From contig WOVA01000007.1 in assembly GCA_009773155.1 (NCBI GenBank), forward strand, positions 1,108 to 65,107: DNA of 64,000 nt. Direction: 5' to 3'. This DNA comes from Elusimicrobiota bacterium. GTDB taxonomy: Bacteria; Elusimicrobiota; Elusimicrobia; Elusimicrobiales; UBA9959. Positions within the stretch are counted from its first letter, which is position 1; each line of letters opens with the position of its first letter. Under the pieces are notes generated by a model. That model saw only the letters and a program-made list of their open reading frames with translations. It was not told the origin of the DNA and made no database searches. The position numbers and the translations under genes were made by a program. This document shows positions 53,938-62,971 of this stretch, piece by piece.

Positions 53938-56099
53938 TCGGCGGCCGGCGCGTGAGTGAAGAGCGGATTCTCGGCGGGAATGTTGACCTGCCGCTGGTCC
54001 ACCGTCAGCTTCAGCCTGGCGGAGGGGATCTTTATCTCTATCTCGCCCGGCAGCCAGTACCCCTTGCGGGCGAAATAGCCGCCGAAGGAAAGAGTCATAC
54101 CCTCGCCGGAATCAAGGGACCTGAACCTGACGCCGGTCTCGTCGAGTACGGCCTTCTTTTTTCCGGACCTGAGCGCGGAGGAGCGCCTGCTCCCCTCGAA
54201 GGCCAGTCCCGGTTCCGAAAAAAAAGAGCCGGAGAAAAAATACCTCATTTCGGCGGCCAGCGCGGGAGCCCAGTAGACGAAACCTTCCCGGACCTTGCCG
54301 TCCAGCGCGGCCGGCTCGTCCATCTCGACGGTACCGCCCCGGACCTTGATCTTCCAGAGCGGCGCCAGCAGCGGACCGGTTATGGTGAACGTGAATTCAT
54401 CCGGGGCGATATAATTGATGACTCCGTCGAATTTAAGGCTCCGCCCGAAGGCCGACACTTCCAGCCCGCAGAACGAGGCGTACCCGGAATCCGACGGCAG
54501 GAACCGCGCCATCGAGCCCGCCAGGAGGGCGCCGGCCTCGGCCGGCGGCAACTTTCCCAGTTCGGCGAACAGCCTGCCGCGGACGGCGGCGAGCCGTTTC
54601 GCGTCCGTCTCAAGCTGCAGCGAGACCGTCCAGGCGGAGACCGCCTCGCGGGCGCGGCCCAGCGCCGAGTAGGCGTCGCCGACATGCTCCCAGATGACGG
54701 GGTCGGCGTTTATCAGCCGGGACGCCTCCAGCAGTTTTTCCAGCGCTTCGGCATGCAGCCCTTTTTTATAGAAAACCCAGCCCAGCGAATCGACATAGGC
54801 GCCGTTGCCGGGCTCGAGCTCCACCGCGCGGCGGATGAACCGCTCCGCCTCGTCCAGCTTCAGGCCCCTGTCGGCCAGCGAGTAACCGAGATAATTGAGG
54901 ACCACGGCATTGTCGGGTTCGGAGGAGAGTATTACCCTGAACTGCTCCTCGGCGGCGGCGATGTTCCCTTCCCTTTCCGAGACTATGGCGTACTGCATCC
55001 TGGCCTCGCGGTAGCCCGGCGAGGAAACGACGATCTTCTTCATGAGTTCCAGCGATCGCTTCGTCTTCCCGGTATCGTCCAGGCCCAGCGCCAGGAAATA
55101 GGCTATCTCGTCGTTCTTGGGCCACCTTGAGTGCGACTCCTCCAGCAGCCTGACCGCCTTGTCGGGCTGCCTCGCCTGGCTGTAGTAGTAGGCCAGCCGC
55201 ATGACCAGCCCCGGATTCTCCTTCAGCCCGGCGGAACGCTCCATATAGGCTATAGCCGAGGCGTAATCGTCGCGCTGCTCGGCTATCAGCGAAAGCCAGA
55301 AGCAGGAATCCGGGTCGGACGGCTCCAGCGCGTTGGCCTTGAGGAAATATTTTTCGGCGCGGGCGAGATCCCCCACGGCGGGTCCGGCCAGCAGCGCGCC
55401 CAGGTGGTTGATCAGTTCCCTGTTGGAAGGGTCGAGATCGGCCAGTTCCTCGTACTGCCCGACGGCGGCCGCGGTGTCGCCGCTGACCTCGTAATGATTG
55501 GCCAGCGCGAAGCGCGGCTGGAGGTAGTAGGAGTCCTCCGCGGCGGACTTGAGCATATACTCTTTCGCGAGGTCGTTGCGGCCGCGCATGCTGTGCAGCG
55601 TGGCGATCTGGAAATAGGTCTCGGCCGACGCGTCGGGCCGCAGCCCGGCGTAGCGCTCCAGGTATTTTATGCTGGCGTCGGGGTCGCGCGTGCTGTTGGC
55701 GCCGGCCAGCTGGTAGACGGCCTCGTCGTTCTCCGGCTCCAGTTCGACGGCCTTCGAGAAGGCCTTTGTAGCGCCGTCTATGTCGTTCTTCGCCCAGCGC
55801 ACGTTGCCGTAGAGTATCCAGTTATCGGCCGAGGACGGGTCGGCGCCTACTATGTAGTCGGCCCAGGCCTCGGCCTCGGCCACGCGCCCTATGTGAAGCG
55901 CCAGGTTGAGCGCCTGGCGGCGCACGTAGACCGACTGCGGGTCCAGCAGCATGGCGGCCTTGTACTCGTTGAGCGCCGCGTCGTAATCGCCTTTGCGCTC
56001 GCGCGACACCCCGGCCATGAAATGCAGGTAGGCGGATTTGTCGGCCGCGGCCGCGGCCGGAGCGGCCAGCAGCATCAAGGCGAGCGTAATGTTTCTCAT
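53934..56099 (-). CDS. Secreted TPR-repeat protein with C-terminal LolB-like domain
   Basis: Signal peptide MRNITLALMLLAAPAAAA. About 12 TPRs. The last ~190 aa resemble the LolB strand pattern (FGRSLKFDGVINYIAPDEFTFTITGPLLAPLWKIKV...LSFGGYFARKGYWLPGEIEIKIPSARLKLTVDQ). Confidence 0.75.
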   Translation of the reverse strand: MRNITLALMLLAAPAAAAADKSAYLHFMAGVSRERKGDYDAALNEYKAAMLLDPQSVYVRRQALNLALHIGRVAEAEAWADYIVGADPSSADNWILYGNVRWAKNDIDGATKAFSKAVELEPENDEAVYQLAGANSTRDPDASIKYLERYAGLRPDASAETYFQIATLHSMRGRNDLAKEYMLKSAAEDSYYLQPRFALANHYEVSGDTAAAVGQYEELADLDPSNRELINHLGALLAGPAVGDLARAEKYFLKANALEPSDPDSCFWLSLIAEQRDDYASAIAYMERSAGLKENPGLVMRLAYYYSQARQPDKAVRLLEESHSRWPKNDEIAYFLALGLDDTGKTKRSLELMKKIVVSSPGYREARMQYAIVSEREGNIAAAEEQFRVILSSEPDNAVVLNYLGYSLADRGLKLDEAERFIRRAVELEPGNGAYVDSLGWVFYKKGLHAEALEKLLEASRLINADPVIWEHVGDAYSALGRAREAVSAWTVSLQLETDAKRLAAVRGRLFAELGKLPPAEAGALLAGSMARFLPSDSGYASFCGLEVSAFGRSLKFDGVINYIAPDEFTFTITGPLLAPLWKIKVRGGTVEMDEPAALDGKVREGFVYWAPALAAEMRYFFSGSFFSEPGLAFEGSRRSSALRSGKKKAVLDETGVRFRSLDSGEGMTLSFGGYFARKGYWLPGEIEIKIPSARLKLTVDQRQVNIPAENPLFTHAPAAE

Positions 56100-56599
56100 G
56101 TCTTCTCCCCGGGGGAGAGCGCCCTTCTCATCAGCAGCGCGTCCTCCGCGTTATTGTAGAACTTAGGCCGGCGGCCTTCCACCTCGAAGCCCGCGGCGGC
56201 GTACAGGGCCCTGGCCGGCGCGTTATTTTCCCCCACCTCCAGCGTGATGGAGGCGCAGGCGCTCTTGCGCGCGTACTCGGCGCATTTGCCCAGCAGAGCG
56301 CGCGCGGCGCCGCGGCGCAGGAAGGCGGCCGAGACCGCCAGCGAATTGATCTGCGCCTCGGGGCGGACTATCCAGAAATTGATGAAGCCCGCCGGCGCGC
56401 CGGCCGGTCGTAGAACTCCCGGCACCGACCGCGGCAAATGCCGCCCTGATCCGTCCAGCTCGGCGACCAGCGTCACCGACGAGGGATTTGCCAGTTCCTC
56501 GCGCAGGCCCTTCTCCCCCCAGGCCGGGTAGCCCGGCCAGGCGGCCTCTATGGCGGCCAGCGCGGGGATATCCTTTTCGAAGGCGCGGCGCACCGTCAT
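56096..56599 (-). CDS. rimI: Ribosomal-protein-alanine N-acetyltransferase (GNAT), carrying an in-frame repeat insertion
   Basis: Start reassigned to MTVRRAFEKDI (ATGA overlap with the tsaB stop). GNAT motif A LRRGAARALL. Canonical tsaE-tsaB-rimI context. Confidence 0.85.
   Translation of the reverse strand: MTVRRAFEKDIPALAAIEAAWPGYPAWGEKGLREELANPSSVTLVAELDGSGRHLPRSVPGVLRPAGAPAGFINFWIVRPEAQINSLAVSAAFLRRGAARALLGKCAEYARKSACASITLEVGENNAPARALYAAAGFEVEGRRPKFYNNAEDALLMRRALSPGEKT
56402..56453 (-). repeat. ~52-bp GC-rich intragenic repeat, copy C (reverse)
   Basis: ggccggtcgtagaactcccggcaccgaccgcggcaaatgccgccctgatccg. 4 mismatches to the reverse complement of copy B. Confidence 0.9.
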
Positions 56600-57447
56600 T
56601 TTTTGCGTCCCCGGGCTTCGGCTTTGGCCCTGGCGTCCAGCTCGTACTTGGCGGGCTTGAGATAGAGCGGCTCCAGCGGCCCGCCGAAAATTTCCCCGGC
56701 GGCCAGGACGGCCTGAGGCGTGACCATAGAGATGGCCGGAGGGGCCTTGGGGCAGCCGGCCGGCGCGAGCGAGTAGATCTCCGGTTTCTCCTCGGCGTCG
56801 GCTACGCACAGGTCGGGCTCGGCCGAGGCCAGCAGGTCGCGGGCTCCCGCTTCGGGCAGCCAGACCGGAGCGCCGAGCGGCTTAGGCGTTCTCCCTCCGT
56901 CGGACGCGCGGAAGAACTGCACGAAATATTCTTCCTTGAAAGCGTGCAGCAGGACAGCAAGTTTCCCGCCGCGCGGAACAGGGCGGCATTTGCCGCGGTC
57001 GGTGCCGGGAGCACTGCGACCGGCCGGGAGCAGCGGCGCCGCGGCCAGGGCGAGAACTTCGAAGACGGTCACTCCACGCGCGCGGCAGCCCAGCAGCAGT
57101 TCCAGCGAGCCGGCCAGCGTGAGGCCTATCCTGATGCCGGTGAACCGGCCGGGCCCGCGCACGGCGCAGACCCCGGAGATATCGCCAAGACCCACCCCGG
57201 CCTGTTTCAGCAGCCGGTCCAGCGAAGAAAAAAGCAGCCTCTCCTGGTTGGGCTCCTTTACGCTGAGGGAATGGAACTTCCCCGCGGCCGGATCAGGGCG
57301 GCTATGTCCGCAGTCGGTGGCCGGTCGTATAACTCCCGGCACCTGTGGCGCCGGAGGCGCTGTTCCGCCGGGAGCCCTGCGAGCGGCCAGCCCCAGCTTG
57401 AGGCGGCTGCCGCTGGTGCATATGGAAAGCTCCAGAGCCTGTTGCAC
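56596..57447 (-). CDS. tsaB: tRNA t6A37 biosynthesis protein TsaB (YeaZ), carrying two in-frame repeat insertions
   Basis: GPGRFTGIRIGLTLA. The N-terminus ALELSICTSGSRLKLGLAA fits the TsaB IDTS region. Putative GTG start at 57447, since the upstream part of the track ORF overlaps tsaE. Confidence 0.8.
   Translation of the reverse strand: MQQALELSICTSGSRLKLGLAARRAPGGTAPPAPQVPGVIRPATDCGHSRPDPAAGKFHSLSVKEPNQERLLFSSLDRLLKQAGVGLGDISGVCAVRGPGRFTGIRIGLTLAGSLELLLGCRARGVTVFEVLALAAAPLLPAGRSAPGTDRGKCRPVPRGGKLAVLLHAFKEEYFVQFFRASDGGRTPKPLGAPVWLPEAGARDLLASAEPDLCVADAEEKPEIYSLAPAGCPKAPPAISMVTPQAVLAAGEIFGGPLEPLYLKPAKYELDARAKAEARGRKK
56974..57025 (+). repeat. ~52-bp GC-rich intragenic repeat, copy B (forward)
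   Basis: cggaacagggcggcatttgccgcggtcggtgccgggagcactgcgaccggcc. Confidence 0.9.
57289..57388. repeat. Composite 100-bp copy D: forward repeat split by a nested reverse-oriented copy (57320..57367)
   Basis: cggatcagggcggctatgtccgcagtcggtg | gccggtcgtataactcccggcacctgtggcgccggaggcgctgttccg | ccgggagccctgcgagcggcc. Confidence 0.8.
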
Positions 57448-57593
57448 AAACCCCGATTCTGCTGCAATTGCGGCTTTTGGCCTGCGGCTTCGTTGCTCGT
57501 CGCTTACAGGCCCAACGGGCCTGCTCGTTCCTCGCGCCTCGTCTCGGCCACAAAATCCGCAATTTCGCGACGAAAGCGGTTTGTGCAACAGGC
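57437..57593. repeat. 157-bp long-palindromic element with 16-bp perfect terminal inverted repeats, in the tsaE-tsaB spacer
   Basis: gcctgttgcacaaacc (57437-57452) and ggtttgtgcaacaggc (57578-57593). The interior aligns by eye with the arms of 47370..47637. Confidence 0.85.
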
Positions 57594-57596
57594 TCT

Positions 57597-58097
57597 TCAC
57601 TTCTTTTTTCTGCGCCATTCTTTCTCCATGCGCTCCAGCGCGGACAGGTGTCCCTTCCCGGCGGCGGAGGCGCGTATCTCCCGGCGGTCGCCGCCGGCCA
57701 GCCTGAACTCCAGTTCCAGCCTCTCCGCGCCGTAGGCGGTGTCCTTTATATCCTCGCCCCATTCCACGGCCATTATCCCGTCGGAACGGCCGGCGTAATC
57801 GGCGAAGCCGGTGTTCTCCAGTTCGCCGGGGCCCAGCCTGAAAAGGTCGAAATGAAAAACTTTCAGCCGGCCGCGATAGGTCCTTAGTATGTTGAAGCTG
57901 GCGCTGACCGGCGAATCCTTCGATCCCAGCGCCGCGGCCAGGCCTTTGACGAACTCCGTCTTACCGGCGCCTATCGGCCCGGTAAGGACCAGGCATTCCC
58001 CGCCGCGCGCCGCGCGGGCCAGCGCCGCCGCCAGCAGCCGGGTCTCCGCCGGGAGGGCCGTCTTAAAAATGCTCAAAAACGGGGATCTCGCCGCCAT
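57597..58097 (-). CDS. tsaE: tRNA t6A37 biosynthesis ATPase TsaE (YjeE)
   Basis: Walker A LTGPIGAGKTEFVKGL. ...FHFDLFRL... Confidence 0.85.
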   Translation of the reverse strand: MAARSPFLSIFKTALPAETRLLAAALARAARGGECLVLTGPIGAGKTEFVKGLAAALGSKDSPVSASFNILRTYRGRLKVFHFDLFRLGPGELENTGFADYAGRSDGIMAVEWGEDIKDTAYGAERLELEFRLAGGDRREIRASAAGKGHLSALERMEKEWRRKKK

Positions 58098-59019
58098 AAT
58101 CCTCCACCCCGACGCCGCGGCCCTTCACCGCCTCGCCCACGCGCAGCGCGCCGGGCAGCAGCCGCCGGACCAGCGCCTCTTTCGACGGGCGGCAGGTGAA
58201 GACCAGGCCGTAATCCTCGCCGCCGGCGAGGGCGTACATCCGCCAGTCCTTTTTTCTGAGCGCGGCCCAGCGCCGCAGTTCCGGGGAGCAGACCGCTTCC
58301 GGAAGCCGGGCCTTCACCCGGCAGCCCGAAAGCCTGGCGATGATGCCGAGACTGCGGTAGAGCCCGTCCGAGTTATCCAGCATGGCCGAAGCCAGCCCGC
58401 GCCGGCCTATCAGCGCGCCCTCGGCCAGCATGGGACGGGGGCGCCAGAAAGCGTCTATGAGCGCGGCCCTGCCGCGGCGGGCGGAGCCCGACATCAGCAG
58501 CTCCAGCCCCGCGCGCGCCAGGCCCAGCGGCCCGAGCGAATAGACCAGGTCGCCCGGGCGCGCGCCGTACCTGGTGACGAAGCCGCGGCATTCGCCGAGC
58601 ACGGTCATGGAAAAATGCTTCTTATCCGAGCGGGCGATATTGCCGCCGGCCACGGCTACGCGCCAGCGCCGGGCTTCGGCCCGCAGCGCCGTTATGAACC
58701 GGCGGGCCCAGCTCCCGCTGGCGGCGCGCGGCAGGCCGGCGGCCGTGAGCAGCGCCAGCGGCCTCACATCGCCCATCGCGGCCAGGTCGCTGAGGTTAAT
58801 TCGCAGCAGCTTGCCGGCGATGAGTTCCGGCTTCGAAAAAGAGTCCAGGAAGTGGGCGCCCTCGCACATCTCGTCTACGGTGGCGACAAGGCGATAACCC
58901 GGGCGTACCTTGAGCACAGCGGCGTCATCGCCTGGCCCCAGCAGGAGCGGCCCGCCTGCGCCGGGGAAGGCGCGCTCTATGCGCTCCAGCAGCGCGTCCT
59001 CGCCGCCGGCCTTCTTCAT
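58063..59019 (-). CDS. thiL: Thiamine-monophosphate kinase
   Basis: GPGDDAAVL, VATVDEMCEGAHF, LRINLSDLAAMG (AIR-synthase-related fold). Confidence 0.9.
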   Translation of the reverse strand: MKKAGGEDALLERIERAFPGAGGPLLLGPGDDAAVLKVRPGYRLVATVDEMCEGAHFLDSFSKPELIAGKLLRINLSDLAAMGDVRPLALLTAAGLPRAASGSWARRFITALRAEARRWRVAVAGGNIARSDKKHFSMTVLGECRGFVTRYGARPGDLVYSLGPLGLARAGLELLMSGSARRGRAALIDAFWRPRPMLAEGALIGRRGLASAMLDNSDGLYRSLGIIARLSGCRVKARLPEAVCSPELRRWAALRKKDWRMYALAGGEDYGLVFTCRPSKEALVRRLLPGALRVGEAVKGRGVGVEDYGGEIPVFEHF

Positions 59020-59900
59020 CTTTCCAGCCTACGGAACGCGGCGGGAAGGGCTTCGACCAGGTCGGTGGCCGTAACGCTCCTGGCGTTTAACCGGCGCGCC
59101 GCGATGGTCCCGGCGAGACCGTGAAGACCTACGCCCAGGCGCGCGGCGCGGCAGCCCGTCTCGGCGGTAAAACCGTCTCGCCGGCCGAGCTGAGCCCAGA
59201 GGCCGCCGATGAAACCGGCCAGCGCGTCGCCGGAGCCACCCTTGGCCAGCTCGGGCCCGCCGAAGGAATTTTTCCAGAGCTTATCCCCGCAGGCTATAAC
59301 CGTGCCCTGACCTTTGAGCACGGCGACGACCCCTCGCGCCGCCAGCGCCGCGGCGGCCCCGGCGCGGTCACCGCGGAAGCCCGGGAAAAGCCTGTCGAAC
59401 TCGCCGGGATGAGGCGTGAAAACGGCGGGGGCCCCGCCGGGCAGGCCTTTCCCTTTCCAACCGGACGCGGCCAGCGCGTTGAGCGCGTCGGCGTCCACTA
59501 CGCAGGGCAGGCGCAGCCCGCGCAGTACCTTTACGGCGAAGTGAGCGGACTTCATCGAGAGCCCGGGGCCTATTACGGCCAGGCCGTAATTTCCGGCGGA
59601 AACTGTTTTGAGCAGGAGCGCCGCGGCGGGCCCGCTGAAAAAATCATTTCCCGGCAGCGGCACCGTCATGGCCTCGGGGACCGCGGCCGCCATCACCGCC
59701 CGCTCGGACTCCGGCAGGGCGACGGTCACCAGCCCGGCGCCGGAGCGCAGCGCGGCGCGGGCGCAGACCACGGCCGCGCCGTTCATACCGCGCGAGCCGG
59801 CTATGAGAAGCAGCCGGCCAAAATCTCCCTTATGCGCTCCGCGCGGGCGGAGCGGAAGAAGCCGCCGCAGGGATGACACAGAGTCGGTCAGGATTTTCAT
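59016..59900 (-). CDS. nnrD: ADP-dependent NAD(P)H-hydrate dehydratase (YjeF C-terminal type)
   Basis: HKGDFGRLLLIAGS, TPHPGEF, GGSGDALAGFIGGL. Confidence 0.85.
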   Translation of the reverse strand: MKILTDSVSSLRRLLPLRPRGAHKGDFGRLLLIAGSRGMNGAAVVCARAALRSGAGLVTVALPESERAVMAAAVPEAMTVPLPGNDFFSGPAAALLLKTVSAGNYGLAVIGPGLSMKSAHFAVKVLRGLRLPCVVDADALNALAASGWKGKGLPGGAPAVFTPHPGEFDRLFPGFRGDRAGAAAALAARGVVAVLKGQGTVIACGDKLWKNSFGGPELAKGGSGDALAGFIGGLWAQLGRRDGFTAETGCRAARLGVGLHGLAGTIAARRLNARSVTATDLVEALPAAFRRLER

Positions 59901-60324
59901 TTTCGCCAGGCCAGCGCCGCGGCGCAGGCGTACGCGGAAGTATGAGTGAGGGAAAGTTCTATGCGCGCGCGGGCGTAGCGCCGCGCGCTTATCTTCACCG
60001 AGGGACGTCCGGAACCGCTTTTTATTATCTCGATGGATCTCAACGGCAGGCTCCTGTCGTCGAGCGCCTTTATGACCGCTTCCTTGGCGGCGAAGCGCGC
60101 GGCTATCCGCTCATAGCGGTTGGCCGAGGAGCTGCAGTACTTTATCTCGCCGGGAGTGAAGAAACGGGTCAGGAAGGAAGGCCTGCGCGAGGCCAGTCGG
60201 CGCACGCGCGAAACCTCGACTATGTCTATGCCGAGGCCCGGGACGAAGGCCCGTCGCAGAGCTCCGGGCACCGACTGCGGCAAAAGCCGCCCTGCTCCGT
60301 CCCCGGACTTGCCGCGGGGGCTCA

Positions 60325-60325
<1 letters not shown>
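59897..60325 (-). CDS. acpS: Holo-[acyl-carrier-protein] synthase, N-terminal extension containing a repeat copy
   Basis: GIDIVEVSRV, FAAKEAVIKAL. The ATG overlaps the glmS stop (ATGA). Confidence 0.85.
60248..60299 (-). repeat. ~52-bp GC-rich intragenic repeat, copy E (reverse)
   Basis: ggcccgtcgcagagctccgggcaccgactgcggcaaaagccgccctgctccg. 6 mismatches to the reverse complement of copy B. Confidence 0.85.
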
Positions 60326-62193
<1,868 letters not shown>

Positions 62194-62207
62194 AGTTTAG
62201 TTGTACC

Positions 62208-62232
62208 GGGACACCATGCGGCATGGTGTCCC
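62208..62232. repeat. Perfect 25-nt palindrome gggacaccatgcggcatggtgtccc (copy 2, pdxJ-glmS spacer)
   Basis: 12-bp arms around a single central g. Same core as 42827..42853. Confidence 0.9.
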
Positions 62233-62251
62233 CCGCTGATGCGCTGGTCTC

Positions 62252-62971
62252 CTATTGGATAAGGCGCTTCATCTCGGCGACGGCCGAGCGAAGGCCGGTG
62301 AAGATGGCGCGGGAAATTATGGAGTAGCCTATGTTCAGGCAGTCCATGCCGTCGATGCGGGCGACCTGGGCGACATTGTAGTAATCCAGGCCATGGCCGG
62401 CGTGCAGACCCATCTTAAGTTCCTTTACCAGGAACGAAGCGAGCTGCAGCTTCTCCAACTCCCTGGCCTGCAGCTTCTTGCCCCACGAGGAAGAATAAGC
62501 GCTGGTGCAGAGCTCTACGGAGTCGGCGCCCAGCTTGTGGACCTTGCGTATCGCCTCCGGCTCGGGATCGGTAAAGACGGCCACTTCTATACCGGCTCCG
62601 GAAAGCGACTTTATCACCCGCTCCAGCTCGGCGGTCTTTCCGGAGAGCTTTATCCCGCCCTGGGTGGTGAGCTCGTTGGGCAATTCCGGGACGAGGCAGA
62701 CCGAATCGGGCCTGGTCTTGAGCGCGAACTTCTCCATCTCGGCGGTAGCGGCCATCTCCAGGTGCAGCATGCCCTTCACATCGGCCCGCACCCTCTCGAC
62801 GTCCGCGTCCTGCACGTGGCGGCGGTCGGCGCGCAGGTGCATGACTATCATCTCGGCCCCGGCGGCCAGCGCCACGCGCGCGGCCTCTACGGGGTCCGGG
62901 GTCTTTTCCCCGCGGGCCTGCCTGACGGTGCAGACGTGATCTATGTTCACTCCAAGCTTTACTTTTTTCAT
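62252..62971 (-). CDS. pdxJ: Pyridoxine 5'-phosphate synthase
   Basis: LGVNIDHVCTVRQARG, HLRADRRH, LHAGHGL. Confidence 0.95.
   Translation of the reverse strand: MKKVKLGVNIDHVCTVRQARGEKTPDPVEAARVALAAGAEMIVMHLRADRRHVQDADVERVRADVKGMLHLEMAATAEMEKFALKTRPDSVCLVPELPNELTTQGGIKLSGKTAELERVIKSLSGAGIEVAVFTDPEPEAIRKVHKLGADSVELCTSAYSSSWGKKLQARELEKLQLASFLVKELKMGLHAGHGLDYYNVAQVARIDGMDCLNIGYSIISRAIFTGLRSAVAEMKRLIQ

Noticed and set aside
56488-57762. Plus-strand 415-aa and 256-aa ORFs, and the upstream part of the 388-aa minus-strand ORF across tsaB/tsaE
   Set aside because: The plus frames are shadows. The minus ORF upstream of 57447 overlaps the tsaE coding region and reads through the palindromic element. 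A GTG start at 57447 gives a TsaB-like N-terminus.
62194-62251. glmS ribozyme upstream of glmS
   Set aside because: The spacer is only 58 nt and is dominated by a simple perfect hairpin. This is far shorter than the ~170-nt ribozyme, and I do not recognise the ribozyme's conserved core in it.
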